This document shows, piece after piece, positions 1 through 11,692 of a DNA stretch of 64,000 nt. This DNA is from Eledone cirrhosa (Eukaryota). The stretch lies in contig OZ024740.1 of the NCBI GenBank assembly GCA_964016885.1, forward strand, positions 208,630,001-208,694,000, given 5' to 3'. The notes under the pieces are model-generated. The model did not search any database. It was not told where the DNA came from and saw nothing but the letters and a program-made list of their open reading frames with translations. The stretch's first letter is position 1, and each line of letters begins with the position of its first letter. Made by a program: the position numbers and the translations under genes.

Positions 1-399
1 CAGATCATTTGGAGACAATTGCTTCTGACAGGACCTTCTGCAAGGTGTGTCTGAGGACTCTGCCTTCATGATCCTCCAAAGAATAAGTGAGCAAAGAAGA
101 ATAAGAATATATCATCATCATCATAATCATCATCATCATCATCATTGTTTAATTTCTACTTTCCCTGCTAGTAAGGGTTAGATGGATCTTCATAAACCAA
201 GTCAGTATTGAAGTGGGGCTACTGATACCCCAGACAGTTTCACATTCGACCACCAAGTGCACCAGCACCAAAGAGGTTGTCATGTCTCTGAAATAACTGA
301 TGGGTGCTCCCAACATTTTGTTTGGCAAGCTTTCTATGGCTGAATGACCTAGAATTGATAATCTACACAATAAACTAGGGTGTGCAAGTGGATGAGTGG

Positions 400-835
400 G
401 TGGGGAAACAGAGATAAGTCAGGTCACACTGTATGCTGCTGGTTGGGTCTTCTCCAGCACAACATAGTGCCAGCCTCGTGGTTCTTTGTCACCTCTGTTG
501 AGAGGTGTAGTATTTTTAAGGTCAATCTTCAAAACCTTGTACCAAGTCTTCCTGGGTCTGTCTCTTCGATGGGTCTCAGCCACAGGGTTTCTCTGCATTT
601 TTTTATGCAGCTGCTGTCTTTCATATGCATCATCTGCCCATACCAATGCAGTCTTCTGTTTAGCATACTACATCCAATTAGTCTTATGCCAAGTGTTCCC
701 TCAGTTTACTTATGCTATGTCGTTTATACACACTAACATTACTCATCCATCAGAGTATATACAATTTGTTTCTTTCTAGCCTCCACAGGTCTTCTGCAGT
801 CAAGGATGATGTTTCACTGCCATGTAGCATTGTAG
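400..835 (-). mobile_element. Degenerate 3' fragment of RTE LINE
   Basis: Remnants of LHGSET, WYG..MR and RPRKTW motifs, homologous to 12217-12620. Confidence 0.75.
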
Positions 836-888
<53 letters not shown>

Positions 889-1225
889 ACATATCATCAT
901 CATCGTTGTTGTTTTAATGTCCACATTCCCTGCTAGCAAGAGTTGGAAGGGTTTACATAAATCATGTCAGTACCGAAGCAGTGTCTACTGATATTCCAGC
1001 CAAACAAGGGATCTGTCGTATATTTATATGACCTGAATTATCTCATAATGCAAGAGCCCAGCTAACCCATGCCAGTATGGAAGTTAAATGATGATGATGA
1101 TGATGATATATATGTATATATATATTTATTTACGTATAGCACGGAGCATATGTGCATAAACACACATGCACCGTGTTATATTATGACAGTATTGTGTTAG
1201 CTCAATGTATAAGAACAGAGTCGTT

Positions 1226-1522
1226 ATATGTAAAAGAAACCAAAGAACGCTTACATACTCAAACAGTTTTTATTTGCTTACAATGTTTCATCCATACTGT
1301 TTGGTACGAATGCAATAGAGGGTAAAGATAGGGAGATTGGATCCGATCTCCCTATCTTTACCCTCTATTGCATTCCGATTGTTCGTGTGACTAGTCTTTG
1401 TGGAGCTTATACTCAGCACTGTGTTTATTAAGCTCTGAGGATTCCTACCAAACGGTATGGATGAAACATTGTAAGCAAATAAAAACTGTTTGAGTATGTA
1501 AGCGTTCTTTGGTTTCTTTTAC

Positions 1523-1526
<4 letters not shown>
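1226..1526. mobile_element. Foldback/MITE-like element (possibly Penelope-derived) with ~86-bp inverted arms and an internal 68-bp palindrome
   Basis: 1226-1311 is the near-perfect reverse complement of 1441-1526; 1308-1375 is a palindrome centred on GGATCC with 1 mismatch; (TA)n follows. Confidence 0.8.
1423..1483 (+). ncRNA. Candidate minimal type I hammerhead ribozyme
   Basis: gct-CTGAGGA-[tcc tacc aaac ggta tgga]-GAAA-cattg-TA-agc: core boxes, stem II, short stem III, GUA cleavage site; non-canonical U-U at the base of stem II. Confidence 0.5.
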
Positions 1527-1585
<59 letters not shown>

Positions 1586-2582
1586 GAACAAAATATATCC
1601 AGCCCACACTGTAAAGGGTCATGTAGGAATCATGACAAAAAGCACCCAGCACACACTGTAAATGTGGTTGGCATTAGTAAGGGCATCCAGCCGTAGAAAC
1701 AGTTCTATATGAGTAAGACATGGTCACCTGACCCAACCTCAAATGAGACAACCCGTCTAACCCATGCTAGCATGGAATAGGGATGTTAAATGATAATGAT
1801 GACGATGATGATATATATATAGCCTAATGAGCGTAATCCTATGCCTGAGAGAGGAAACTCCCTTTAGTCTATTCTATTTACACGGTTACTTTAAACAAAC
1901 AAGGCAATTTGCTAATAATGTGGATAAATGTCACATGCTCACCAAATAACTATTTATCTATCTATCCTTCACCACCACAACTACTACTACTACTACTACT
2001 ACTGCTACTATCTATCTATACCACCACTGCTGCTGCTACTACTGTTATCATCAGCCGCTTACAACTACGTTTACTAATCCATCTATCTTTCTCTGCCACC
2101 ACTACTACTACCACCATCACTATTTCAATACTGACCCCACACCCATTCATTCGCCGGAAAAAAGAAGAAAACAAAACGATATCAAACACCGATCTCGCAT
2201 GGACATTGTCGGTTAAGTTATCTGAACGATAGCTTTTTACACTCCAGTGGATATTACAGGGAACTAATTAAGGTACATATTATATTAACTACAGAACTAC
2301 AGCTGTATATAACTGTGTGTGTATATATATATATATTATATATATAATATATGAGTTCAAATCCCGCCGAGGTTTACTTTGCCTTTCGTCCTTACGGGGT
2401 CGATAAAATAAAGTACCAGTAATGCACTGGATACTTGCTGGCCTTGTGCCAAAAGTAGAAACAATTATATATATAATATATATATATAATATACATATAT
2501 ATATATAATATATATTGCAGAGTATAAAAGTTTTAATATAGATGAGATTCTTTGATACCCAGATTCCTGATGATTTCTAAAG

Positions 2583-2616
2583 TATATGTATGTGTATATA
2601 TATGTGTGTGTATATG

Positions 2617-2647
<31 letters not shown>

Positions 2648-4110
2648 TTATATATATATATATAATATATATTATATATATATATATAATATATATTATA
2701 TATATATATATAATATATATAATATATATATATATATATAATATATATAATATATATATATAATATATATAATATATATATATAATATATATATATATAT
2801 ATAATATATAATATATATATATAATATATATAATATATATATATAATATATATATATATATAATATATAATATATATATATAATATATATAATATATAAT
2901 ATATATATATAATATATATAATATATATATATAATATATATATATATATAATATATATATATATAATATATATATATATAATATATATATATATATAATA
3001 TATATATATATATAATATATATAATATATATATATATATAATATTTATATATATAATATATATATATAATATATATAATATATATATATAATATATATAA
3101 TATATATATATAATATATATATATAATATATATATATAATATATATATATAATATATATATATATATGATATATATAATATATATATATATATAATATAT
3201 ATATATATATAATATATATAATATATATAATATATATATATATATAATATATATATTTATATATTATATATATATATATTATATATATATATTATATATT
3301 ATAGATATATATTATATATATATATTATATATATATATTATATATATATATATATATATATTATATTTATATATATATATTATATTTATATATATATATT
3401 ATATTATATATATATATATTATATATTATATATAATATATATATACATAATATATATTATATATAATATATAATATATATATACATAATATATATTATAT
3501 ATAATATATATATATACATAATATATATTATATATAATATATATATATATATTTTATATATAATATATATATATATATTTTATATATAATATATATATAT
3601 ATATTTTATATATAATATATATATATATATTTTATATATAATATATATATATATATTTTATATATAATATATATATATATATTTTATATATATATATATA
3701 TTTTATATATAATATATATATATATATTATATATATAATATATATATATATATATTTTATATATATATTATATATATAATATATATATATATATATTATA
3801 TATATAATATATATTTATATATAATATATATATTTATATATAATATATATATTATATATAATATATATATATATATTATATAATATATATTATATATATA
3901 TAATATATATTATATATATAATATATATTATATATATATAATATATATTATATATATATTATATATATATATATATATTATATATATATATATATATAAT
4001 ATATATATTATATATATATATATATATAATATATATATTATATATATATAATATATATTATATATATATAATATATATATATATTATATATAATATAATA
4101 TATATATATA
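2583..4110. repeat. ~1.5-kb (TA)n/(TAA) low-complexity tract
   Basis: Almost exclusively A/T dinucleotide repeats. Confidence 0.97.
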
Positions 4111-4299
4111 CAGAGAGAGAGATCTTGGTTTCCCTGGGACTTCGAGTTTCACCTTCTGTGAATTAGTCACTAAATTCGAAGTTCCAGTCAACCTAAGAAA
4201 CGATAATTTTGACTTTGCTACCAGTATTGAGTACTCTCATCAGTAAATATTTGTTATTTATTATCCGTTAAGCCCTCCCCCCATAAATATGTATATCTG

Positions 4300-4335
<36 letters not shown>

Positions 4336-4848
4336 ATTTATATATAAAGCTTGTAGTTCGGTGACACTCCTTTCACCAGATGTCATGTCAACGGGAGATC
4401 ATACCGCCGATTCTGGCACCTTCTAAAAGTATTGCGTCCTCCAGCGATGCCAAACTGCATTGATGTTTCCTGCTTCCAAGTATGTCCCAATTATTTGGGC
4501 CTACATTCTAGCACATTTCTTTTTCTTTTATCTATGTAGCCACCTTACCAAAATCCAAGACAGCTGTAACTACAACCCTTTCACACGTCTCTATAGTTGA
4601 ATAACCAATACTTTGTTAATCCTTCTTAATCCAATGCCAACCGGCCAGGATATTGTGGATCTGCACATAATGTTTAGCTCACCTTTACTGCAACTACAGT
4701 ACTGTCATTCTTTTGTCTCACTCTCCTCTCTGATGGAGCGGGTCCTCATATTGTAAGCAAATCCTTTCATGTATGTCCGTCCCCTCAAAAATGTATACAC
4801 ATTCATTAGAATGCTATTGAAATGTGTATGCATTTTTGGGGGACACCC

Positions 4849-4936
<88 letters not shown>

Positions 4937-5630
4937 CATTACAAGTAGAAGGGATATTTAATTTGTTGGAAATTCAACAAATATAAATGTTTATAACTGA
5001 TTCAGAGCACTCGACAGTTTCTGGAGTAAATATTCAATGATATTAAATAAATGGAAACTATATTTATAAAACCATATTCTATTATATATATTTTAAGGGT
5101 ACCAAAAACTTTGGTTCGCTTTCATCAGATAAAATACAAATTTTTAAAATAAATTTTGACATAGCCAAGGAAACATACCTTATCAGTTGAATTTACCCAT
5201 GAAAATTCAACTGATAAGGTATATATATATATATGTATATATATATGTATCTATATTACACAAGTTTGTTTATCTATATATATACATATTACATAAGTTA
5301 GCGCACACACAGCTAAATCTATTTTTCGTTGAACTTTGTTCTCTGTTTTAAGAAAAGTAAAGAAAGGAAATACTGCTAGTCATTGTTTAACCCCAGGTCA
5401 GCTATAACCCAGCAAGCAGTCTGATCAAAGACCTTCGAAAGAGGACCACTCCCCCGAAATTTCCACATATAGTGTGTCTAAATCCTACAATAACCCTCTT
5501 ATCTTTTCCTAGTACTGTGTGACTCCTAGGAGTTTCTAGTCGGTCTTGTTAACTTAAAGCACTTATCACACGAAACTCTTTGTATTTGTGTCACTAGTGT
5601 AGCCTCACAGTTATAAATAAGACATTTAAA

Positions 5631-5819
5631 GCAGGGTCGGCTGGAAAGTTCATAGGCCGACTAAGATACTCTCGTGGAATGACGAAATGAGGTTTATTTT
5701 TCAACGAGGTCTCTGGAAAGAAGCAATGCAGTTCTTATTAATAAGAAGAATTGAAATTAGTGCATACAAGATTTCACAGCTTCATAGTCAGCCTATGAAC
5801 TTTTCAGCCCACTCTCGTA
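5631..5819 (-). mobile_element. Tc1/mariner-type MITE
   Basis: Imperfect TIRs agggtcggctggaaagttcatagg / cctatgaacttttcagcccactctcgta; inverted relative to 6873-7074. Confidence 0.75.
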
Positions 5820-6520
5820 TATAAACCAACATCGTGTAAACTGCGGCACGCGAGCTGCATGCGGCACGTTTGGCTTCCTGAATGACACGACTGATTTCAA
5901 AATTGCTTTCCTTTTTTTTTTTTTCAGTAGTGTGGCCTGTCTTATGATGAATCACATCATATACGGCCCACTGCTCGGAAAAGGTTGCCCATGTCTCATA
6001 TATACAGTATGTATTGATTGTTTTTCTTTTATTGGACCAACCAAACACACATGTGTATGTATGTTTGTGAGTGTGTATATATTGGTGAGTGTGTGTACCA
6101 AACATATTTTTCAAACTAAAGAAAACGGCATAAGATAAGTTAAATCAATAATAATGAAATAAGCGCATCAATGCGACAACAATGACTTTAATTGATCGGA
6201 ACTACACCTCTTGTATAAATAGTTGGAACAGGGTAAACATTAAAAAAAAAATTATTTCAACGTGAGAAAGGAAGGAAGGATCAAAGTTCCTTTTTTATTT
6301 TGGAATCTAGTTTTACCGCAGTCGTAATAGAATTGTTGATATAATTAGCTCTATGTTACCCTACAGAGACAGGACAGCAAAAACACACATTTACATATAA
6401 TATAGTTATCTTGTTTTATGTTTGTAGATAATTTTTGATAAAATCACAGCGGATAAAATATGAATCTTTGGACATCATTTAGAAACGCTACATTGTAATT
6501 GTCAGTCATTACCATTGTAT

Positions 6521-6589
<69 letters not shown>

Positions 6590-6872
6590 CATGTTATTGT
6601 TGTGCTAAATTTTATGTAACATTTGTCGCAAACATCATCGATTTGTTTACGTTTATATATTTTTACATCTAGTTTCACTCATTGGACTACGACCGATTTC
6701 AACGGCTTTTCATCAACCCTAGTTACATATTCTAGTCAGGTACCTAGTTTAGTTGTTGATCTCTCCGATTTTGTCGAACCGTTAAGTTAAAAAACTACAT
6801 CCGTTTTTTAGACTGGTATAAATATAAAACAGTCACGAAAACACACAAATACCACATGCATGTACACACACA

Positions 6873-7074
6873 TACGAGGGTCGACTGAGAAGTTCATAGG
6901 CAGACTACGAAGGAGTGGTGTTAGGGCTGTGAAATCTTGCATGCATTAAGTTCAACTCTTCTTATTAATAACTGCATTGCTTCTTTCCAGGGACTATGTT
7001 GAAAAATAAAGCTCATTTGGTCATTCCATGAGAGTATCTTGGTTAGCCTATGAACTTTTTATCCAACCCTCGTA
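6873..7074 (+). mobile_element. Tc1/mariner-type MITE (~200 bp)
   Basis: TA-cgagggt...aagttcatagg / cctatgaactt...accctcg-TA; mariner-like TIR with TA TSD. Confidence 0.8.
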
Positions 7075-7350
7075 CATACACACACAGATAAATAGACCTG
7101 CATACATACACACACACACAGACACACATAAACGTACAGATAGACACACACACACACACACATACATACAGTACAGATAGATACACACATACACCACACA
7201 GATAGACAGACATATAAACACGCACAAATAGATACACATACATACACCTACAGATAGACAGATACACACATACATAGACGCACATACACACACACATAGA
7301 CAGACACATACATATACGTACAGATAGATACAGTTACACATATTACGCAT
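7075..7350. repeat. Compound (CA)/(GATA)/(GACA) microsatellite
   Basis: Direct inspection. Confidence 0.9.
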
Positions 7351-7459
7351 ACATTTTGTTTTTTTCTACACAGATTTCACTCATCAAGAATGTTTATTTT
7401 ATCAACGTTATTTTCGAACCTTGATGCTTTTTAAAAAATTTTATTTACACCTGTAAACA

Positions 7460-7870
7460 TTACAAATGGGAAAGCGGAAAAGAAGGGCAGATCTGGCTGT
7501 GTGGGAAAGTAGAGGAAAGGGCTATAAAAGCCACAAACGAGAGGAAAATGAGGATAAAAACAAGGACTATAGGGCCACAGAAGAAAAGGAGGGGGAAGAA
7601 GAGAGGATATAAAGCTTTGGGCGTGGAGGTGTTGGGGCTGCGCCTTGCAGACAAAACTGCTAAAGCATTTCCACAGACAATGGCCAGTGACACCCGCTGC
7701 AACAGCCTCATTGCCACCACCGCCCCCACGTCACATTGCAGGGCTCCTTCCTCAGACAGGCTGCTGACATTTTGATATTGCAGAGGAGCTTGGCAGTACG
7801 GGGTCTGAGGACACTTGAGGTCTCGATGGCAACCGGTATGAAGAGGAAGGGGCCAGACAATCCCCAGTAT
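7460..7870 (-). mobile_element. 3' fragment of CRE-like (restriction-like endonuclease) non-LTR retrotransposon
   Basis: FIPVAIETS...LLQRVSLAIVCGNA matches the RLE C-terminal F.P.A.ET...QRLS.A..RGN motif; related pieces at 39660-39745, 48310-48375, 63183-63290. Confidence 0.65.
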
Positions 7871-8129
7871 GTGTTTGTCTTCCTTTCGTCTGCATTATAC
7901 ACTCTGTATGTGATAGGGATGTGTATTGTTAAATTTACAATATCAAACCTGCCAACCTCTAATAACCCAAAAGTGTCCCAAAACAGGGAGAAATGAGGCA
8001 AAATGGGGAGATTTTACATAATGAAAGCTATACCCATTTTCACAAGAGAAGACATCTCTCACCCACCGCAAAGTGGGTGGGAGATCTCCCCGTCCGACGG
8101 GGAGAGTTGACAGGTCTGTTTATAGACAC

Positions 8130-8410
8130 AACATAGCTGAAAGGTTAAGATCACTTCATTAGGTCCCCAGTTCGATCTTGGGTCTTGTGAGTGAAATTAG
8201 ATAGAAGGGAAATGTTTGGAACTCCGTCCATTGAATTCAAAGGACCAGCTTTGTTACATACTGTGTCATGCCAAATCTCTTTGGAAATTATGTTAAGGTT
8301 ACACCTATGTAGAATGCTGAGCCATTTTACATGCTAATTTCGAGCAGAGCAGGCTGTTCCGTTGATTGGACAACTGGAATGCTCATCGTGGAAACTGACG
8401 GAGATCCTTC
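8130..8410 (+). mobile_element. SINE (family B); other copies at ~33235-33690(-), 33930-34235(+), 46290-46580(+)
   Basis: Shared core ttaatttcacgagcaggctgttc...aactggaa with a tRNA-like head. Confidence 0.7.
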
Positions 8411-8619
8411 ATAGCTAGTGTCATTGGGAGAGAGAAAATGCCCACCTCCCACACACACCTGCATAATTGATATAGATATTGATGATGCCATACACTGCTA
8501 TCTGTTCTGACTGAAGTGAAACTGAAACTCCAGAAGATGATACCTATATATTTAACCTTCATTTCTCTCAAAGTCATCAAAGGCTACTTGGTATGGTGTA
8601 TGGTTGTAACATTTTTGCT

Positions 8620-8830
8620 GATTTAGGCACATGCCAGCAATTCTTTTTTTGGTGGTGGGGAGAGGGAAAGTCAATTAAATTGACCCTAGTGTATTACTGG
8701 TACTTTATTTTATCAACCCCATAAGGGTGAAAGGTAAAGCTAACCTCAGCGGGATTTGAACTCAGAACACAAAGGGCCATAACTCTATACTGCAAAGCAT
8801 GGTGTCTGACACGCTACCGATACTGCCAAA
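8620..8830 (-). mobile_element. tRNA-derived SINE (family A); other copies at ~2352-2466, 24995-25300, 26945-27128, 28120-28220, 29000-29170, 34540-34716, 35945-36240, 44735-45030, 62225-62345
   Basis: Recurrent tggcagtatcggtagag (A box)...gagttcaaatcccgccgagg (B box)...tttgcctttcatccttacggggtcgataaaataaagtaccag. Confidence 0.85.
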
Positions 8831-9797
8831 CCATAATAATGAAAATCATTGTGTACAGTGCTCAGGTGCACTACAACTCATTAAAGGTGCATGTATAACA
8901 CATAGAATAATGTGTAAAAGTCAGGAAGTGAACAGTGTATGTGTCATCACACACACGTGTGTGCATGAAGGAGGAATATGAGGTGTAGCATTGGCAAATT
9001 TGGGGCAGTATGGAAGTTTTGAAGGATGCAGTGTCCTGACAGCTAATGTAGGTAGTTTGTTCCATGCTTCAGCGACTTTGAGCATGAAAAAAGTTGAACT
9101 TAGAATGCAGAATTAAAATGTTTTAATGACTAATTCTCTGCTTTCGTTTTTATTGACTTATTAAAGTATAATAAAGTCAGGGGCAGTGGAAGCATTTCTG
9201 AATTGGGTGGAAGGGCAAATTTGATCAATTTAGTTGTAGTGATTAGTTTAGCTCTTTGCATTCTAAAATGGTCAGAAAATGCAATTTGAGTCTAAACAGG
9301 TCATATTCCATTTACAGCTTTCAATAATTATAAAGTGATTATAGCAAAATGACCTGTGAAATCTGTCTCTGAATGCACATACTAGCAATTGGCAAATAGT
9401 GATATGTGGAGGAAAAGTTATGACAAAAAAATGTACTATGTAGGTTAACATAATATATTACACTGTTATTATCAAATATCAACCAAGATATAAAAAAAAA
9501 TTTGATATGCGATAAACATAACATGTACCTAAATTGTAGATGTGTTTTTTGTAGTTTGGGGAGAAAAATATAATTATTGGGGGTGTGGAGAGTTCCACCA
9601 CCCCTGAAAGTATTGACTAACTTGTTCTCTTCCTTTACAGAATCCACTTTTACTGGACAGACCTCACTTGAACTGAGTTCCACAAGAAGAATAACAACAG
9701 TTTGGTGGTCTGTAGCCTTTGTTTAGTTCATTCTTTCCCCCCACCCCAAAACCCACGCGCGTGCACACACATTGAAAAAAGGGGCTAAGATAAAAAA

Positions 9798-9980
9798 ATG
9801 AAGCAGCTACCTCAAGGCCAGGGCAAGTATGGGGTGGGAGCAGTGGATGTCATGACAGAAAGGAGTAGAGATGAACCAGATGGTTGTTTTCTTAGAATAT
9901 ATTATCCAACAATGTTAGAGTCAGATTCTAGAGATGTGCCAGGAACCAGGCTGAAGTCAAACTCCAGTGATTGTAACTAT
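9798..9980 (+). CDS. PAFAH2: PAF-AH coding exon 1 (exon probably starts at 9641 with 5'UTR)
   Basis: [19 protein letters not shown]...CFLRIYYPT; donor gtaagt at 9981; upstream acceptor tcctttacag ends at 9640, implying an unseen upstream non-coding exon. Confidence 0.85.
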
Positions 9981-11521
9981 GTAAGTATTTACATTGATAT
10001 GTGTAAGTATATATGTGTGTACATTTGTTTGTGTATCTATGTAGATATATGTGTATGAATGTATGCAGATATATCTGTGTAGGTGTGTTTGTATTTATCA
10101 TCATCAATGTTGTTTTGGTAGCAAGGGTTTGACAGGTCTATATAGACCAAGTCAGTATTGAGGCTGGTCTATCCAGACAGGCAAGGAGGGTCTGCTCACA
10201 CACACACATATATATATCTATGTGTATGTATGTAAAATATATGTGTGTGTATGTTTATATATATAATCATCATCATCATCATTTAAGGTCCATATTTCCA
10301 TGCTTGCATGGGTCAGAAAGACAAGTCTCGCCAAGATTGGCTACACTGTACTTTGCACTGATGGTACTGTAAATATTATTGGGGTTTGTGCAGCTGGATG
10401 CTCTTCCAAACACCAACCACATTTACATATATATATATATATATATAAGTGAAACCTACTACAGTCAGTAGGCACCTCTAACAAAATACACCCCCGTCCC
10501 ACTACCCCCACCCCATCCACACCACCCCTTTCAATGTAAAGTTATGTTGGTACCACAACATCCAGTCCGAAACAAATGAGGTCGTGTAGGTGTCACAACA
10601 AAAAAACACACAGTCCACACTGTAATGTGGCCATGTAGGTAACACGGTAAAAACCTCCCAGTCCACACTGTAAACGTGGTTGGTGTTAGGAAGGGCATCC
10701 AGCCGTAGAAAACCCGCCAGGCAGTCCTATGCGAGCAGGACAATCACTCTTGCCTCAAGTGGGAATACCCCCGTCCAAACCCATGCAAGCGTGGAAGATG
10801 GACGTTAAACGATGATGATGATAATGATATATCATCATCAAATATGTCTGTATGTGTACTTTTGTGCATGTCGGTATATGTATATGGGTTTGTATATGTA
10901 TGGCATCATCATCATTGCTTTATATTCGTATTCTATGCTAGCAAAATACTTTGCAGTATTCATTTTGGCCATCTGCTCTCTGAGTTCAAATCCTGCCAAG
11001 GTCAACTTTACCCTTCATTCTTTTTAGGTTAACAAAATATACACCAGTCTTCCTTACTTTCTCTCTGTCACTCTCTCTCCTTCTCTGGAAGAAATTTGCT
11101 GTGGTCAAACCTGGAGAAAGATCAGCCCCTGCCAGGTTTCAAATGCCCAACACATGCCATACGTCACCACAGCAACACTACAACTCCTTTGGGAATTACG
11201 GGTTAATACATACATGCTTACCTAGTGAATCTAAGGTTTTCTTCTATCTATGGTCATATGTATCTAGATTAGAAAACGTATTTCCCTGCAAGAAATAACT
11301 AAAAAGGTTGATGTTAGGAAGGGTGTCTGATTGTAAAACATTACTTCAAATCATATCCACCCTATGCCAGCATGGAAAAATCAATGTAAAAATGATGTTG
11401 GTGATGATATGTAAGTATGTATTGGCATACTCATATATGTAGCTATATATCATCATCATCATCATCGTTTAACGTCCATCTTCCAGGCTTGCATGGGTTT
11501 GGACGGATATATATATATGCT

Positions 11522-11566
<45 letters not shown>

Positions 11567-11655
11567 TTGTAAGTGTCATCATCATCATCATCATCATCAT
11601 CGTTTAACGTCCATCTTCCAGGCTTGCATGGGTTTGGATGGATATATATATATGC

Positions 11656-11692
<37 letters not shown>

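Noticed and set aside
2150-2275. First non-coding exon/promoter of PAF-AH
   Set aside because: Only a weak donor (aag|gtacat) and slight CpG enrichment; needs transcript data
7043-7350. Cys/Val/Tyr-rich ORFs (also YIYI ORFs at 1428, 14909, 17021, 23300)
   Set aside because: Translations of microsatellites
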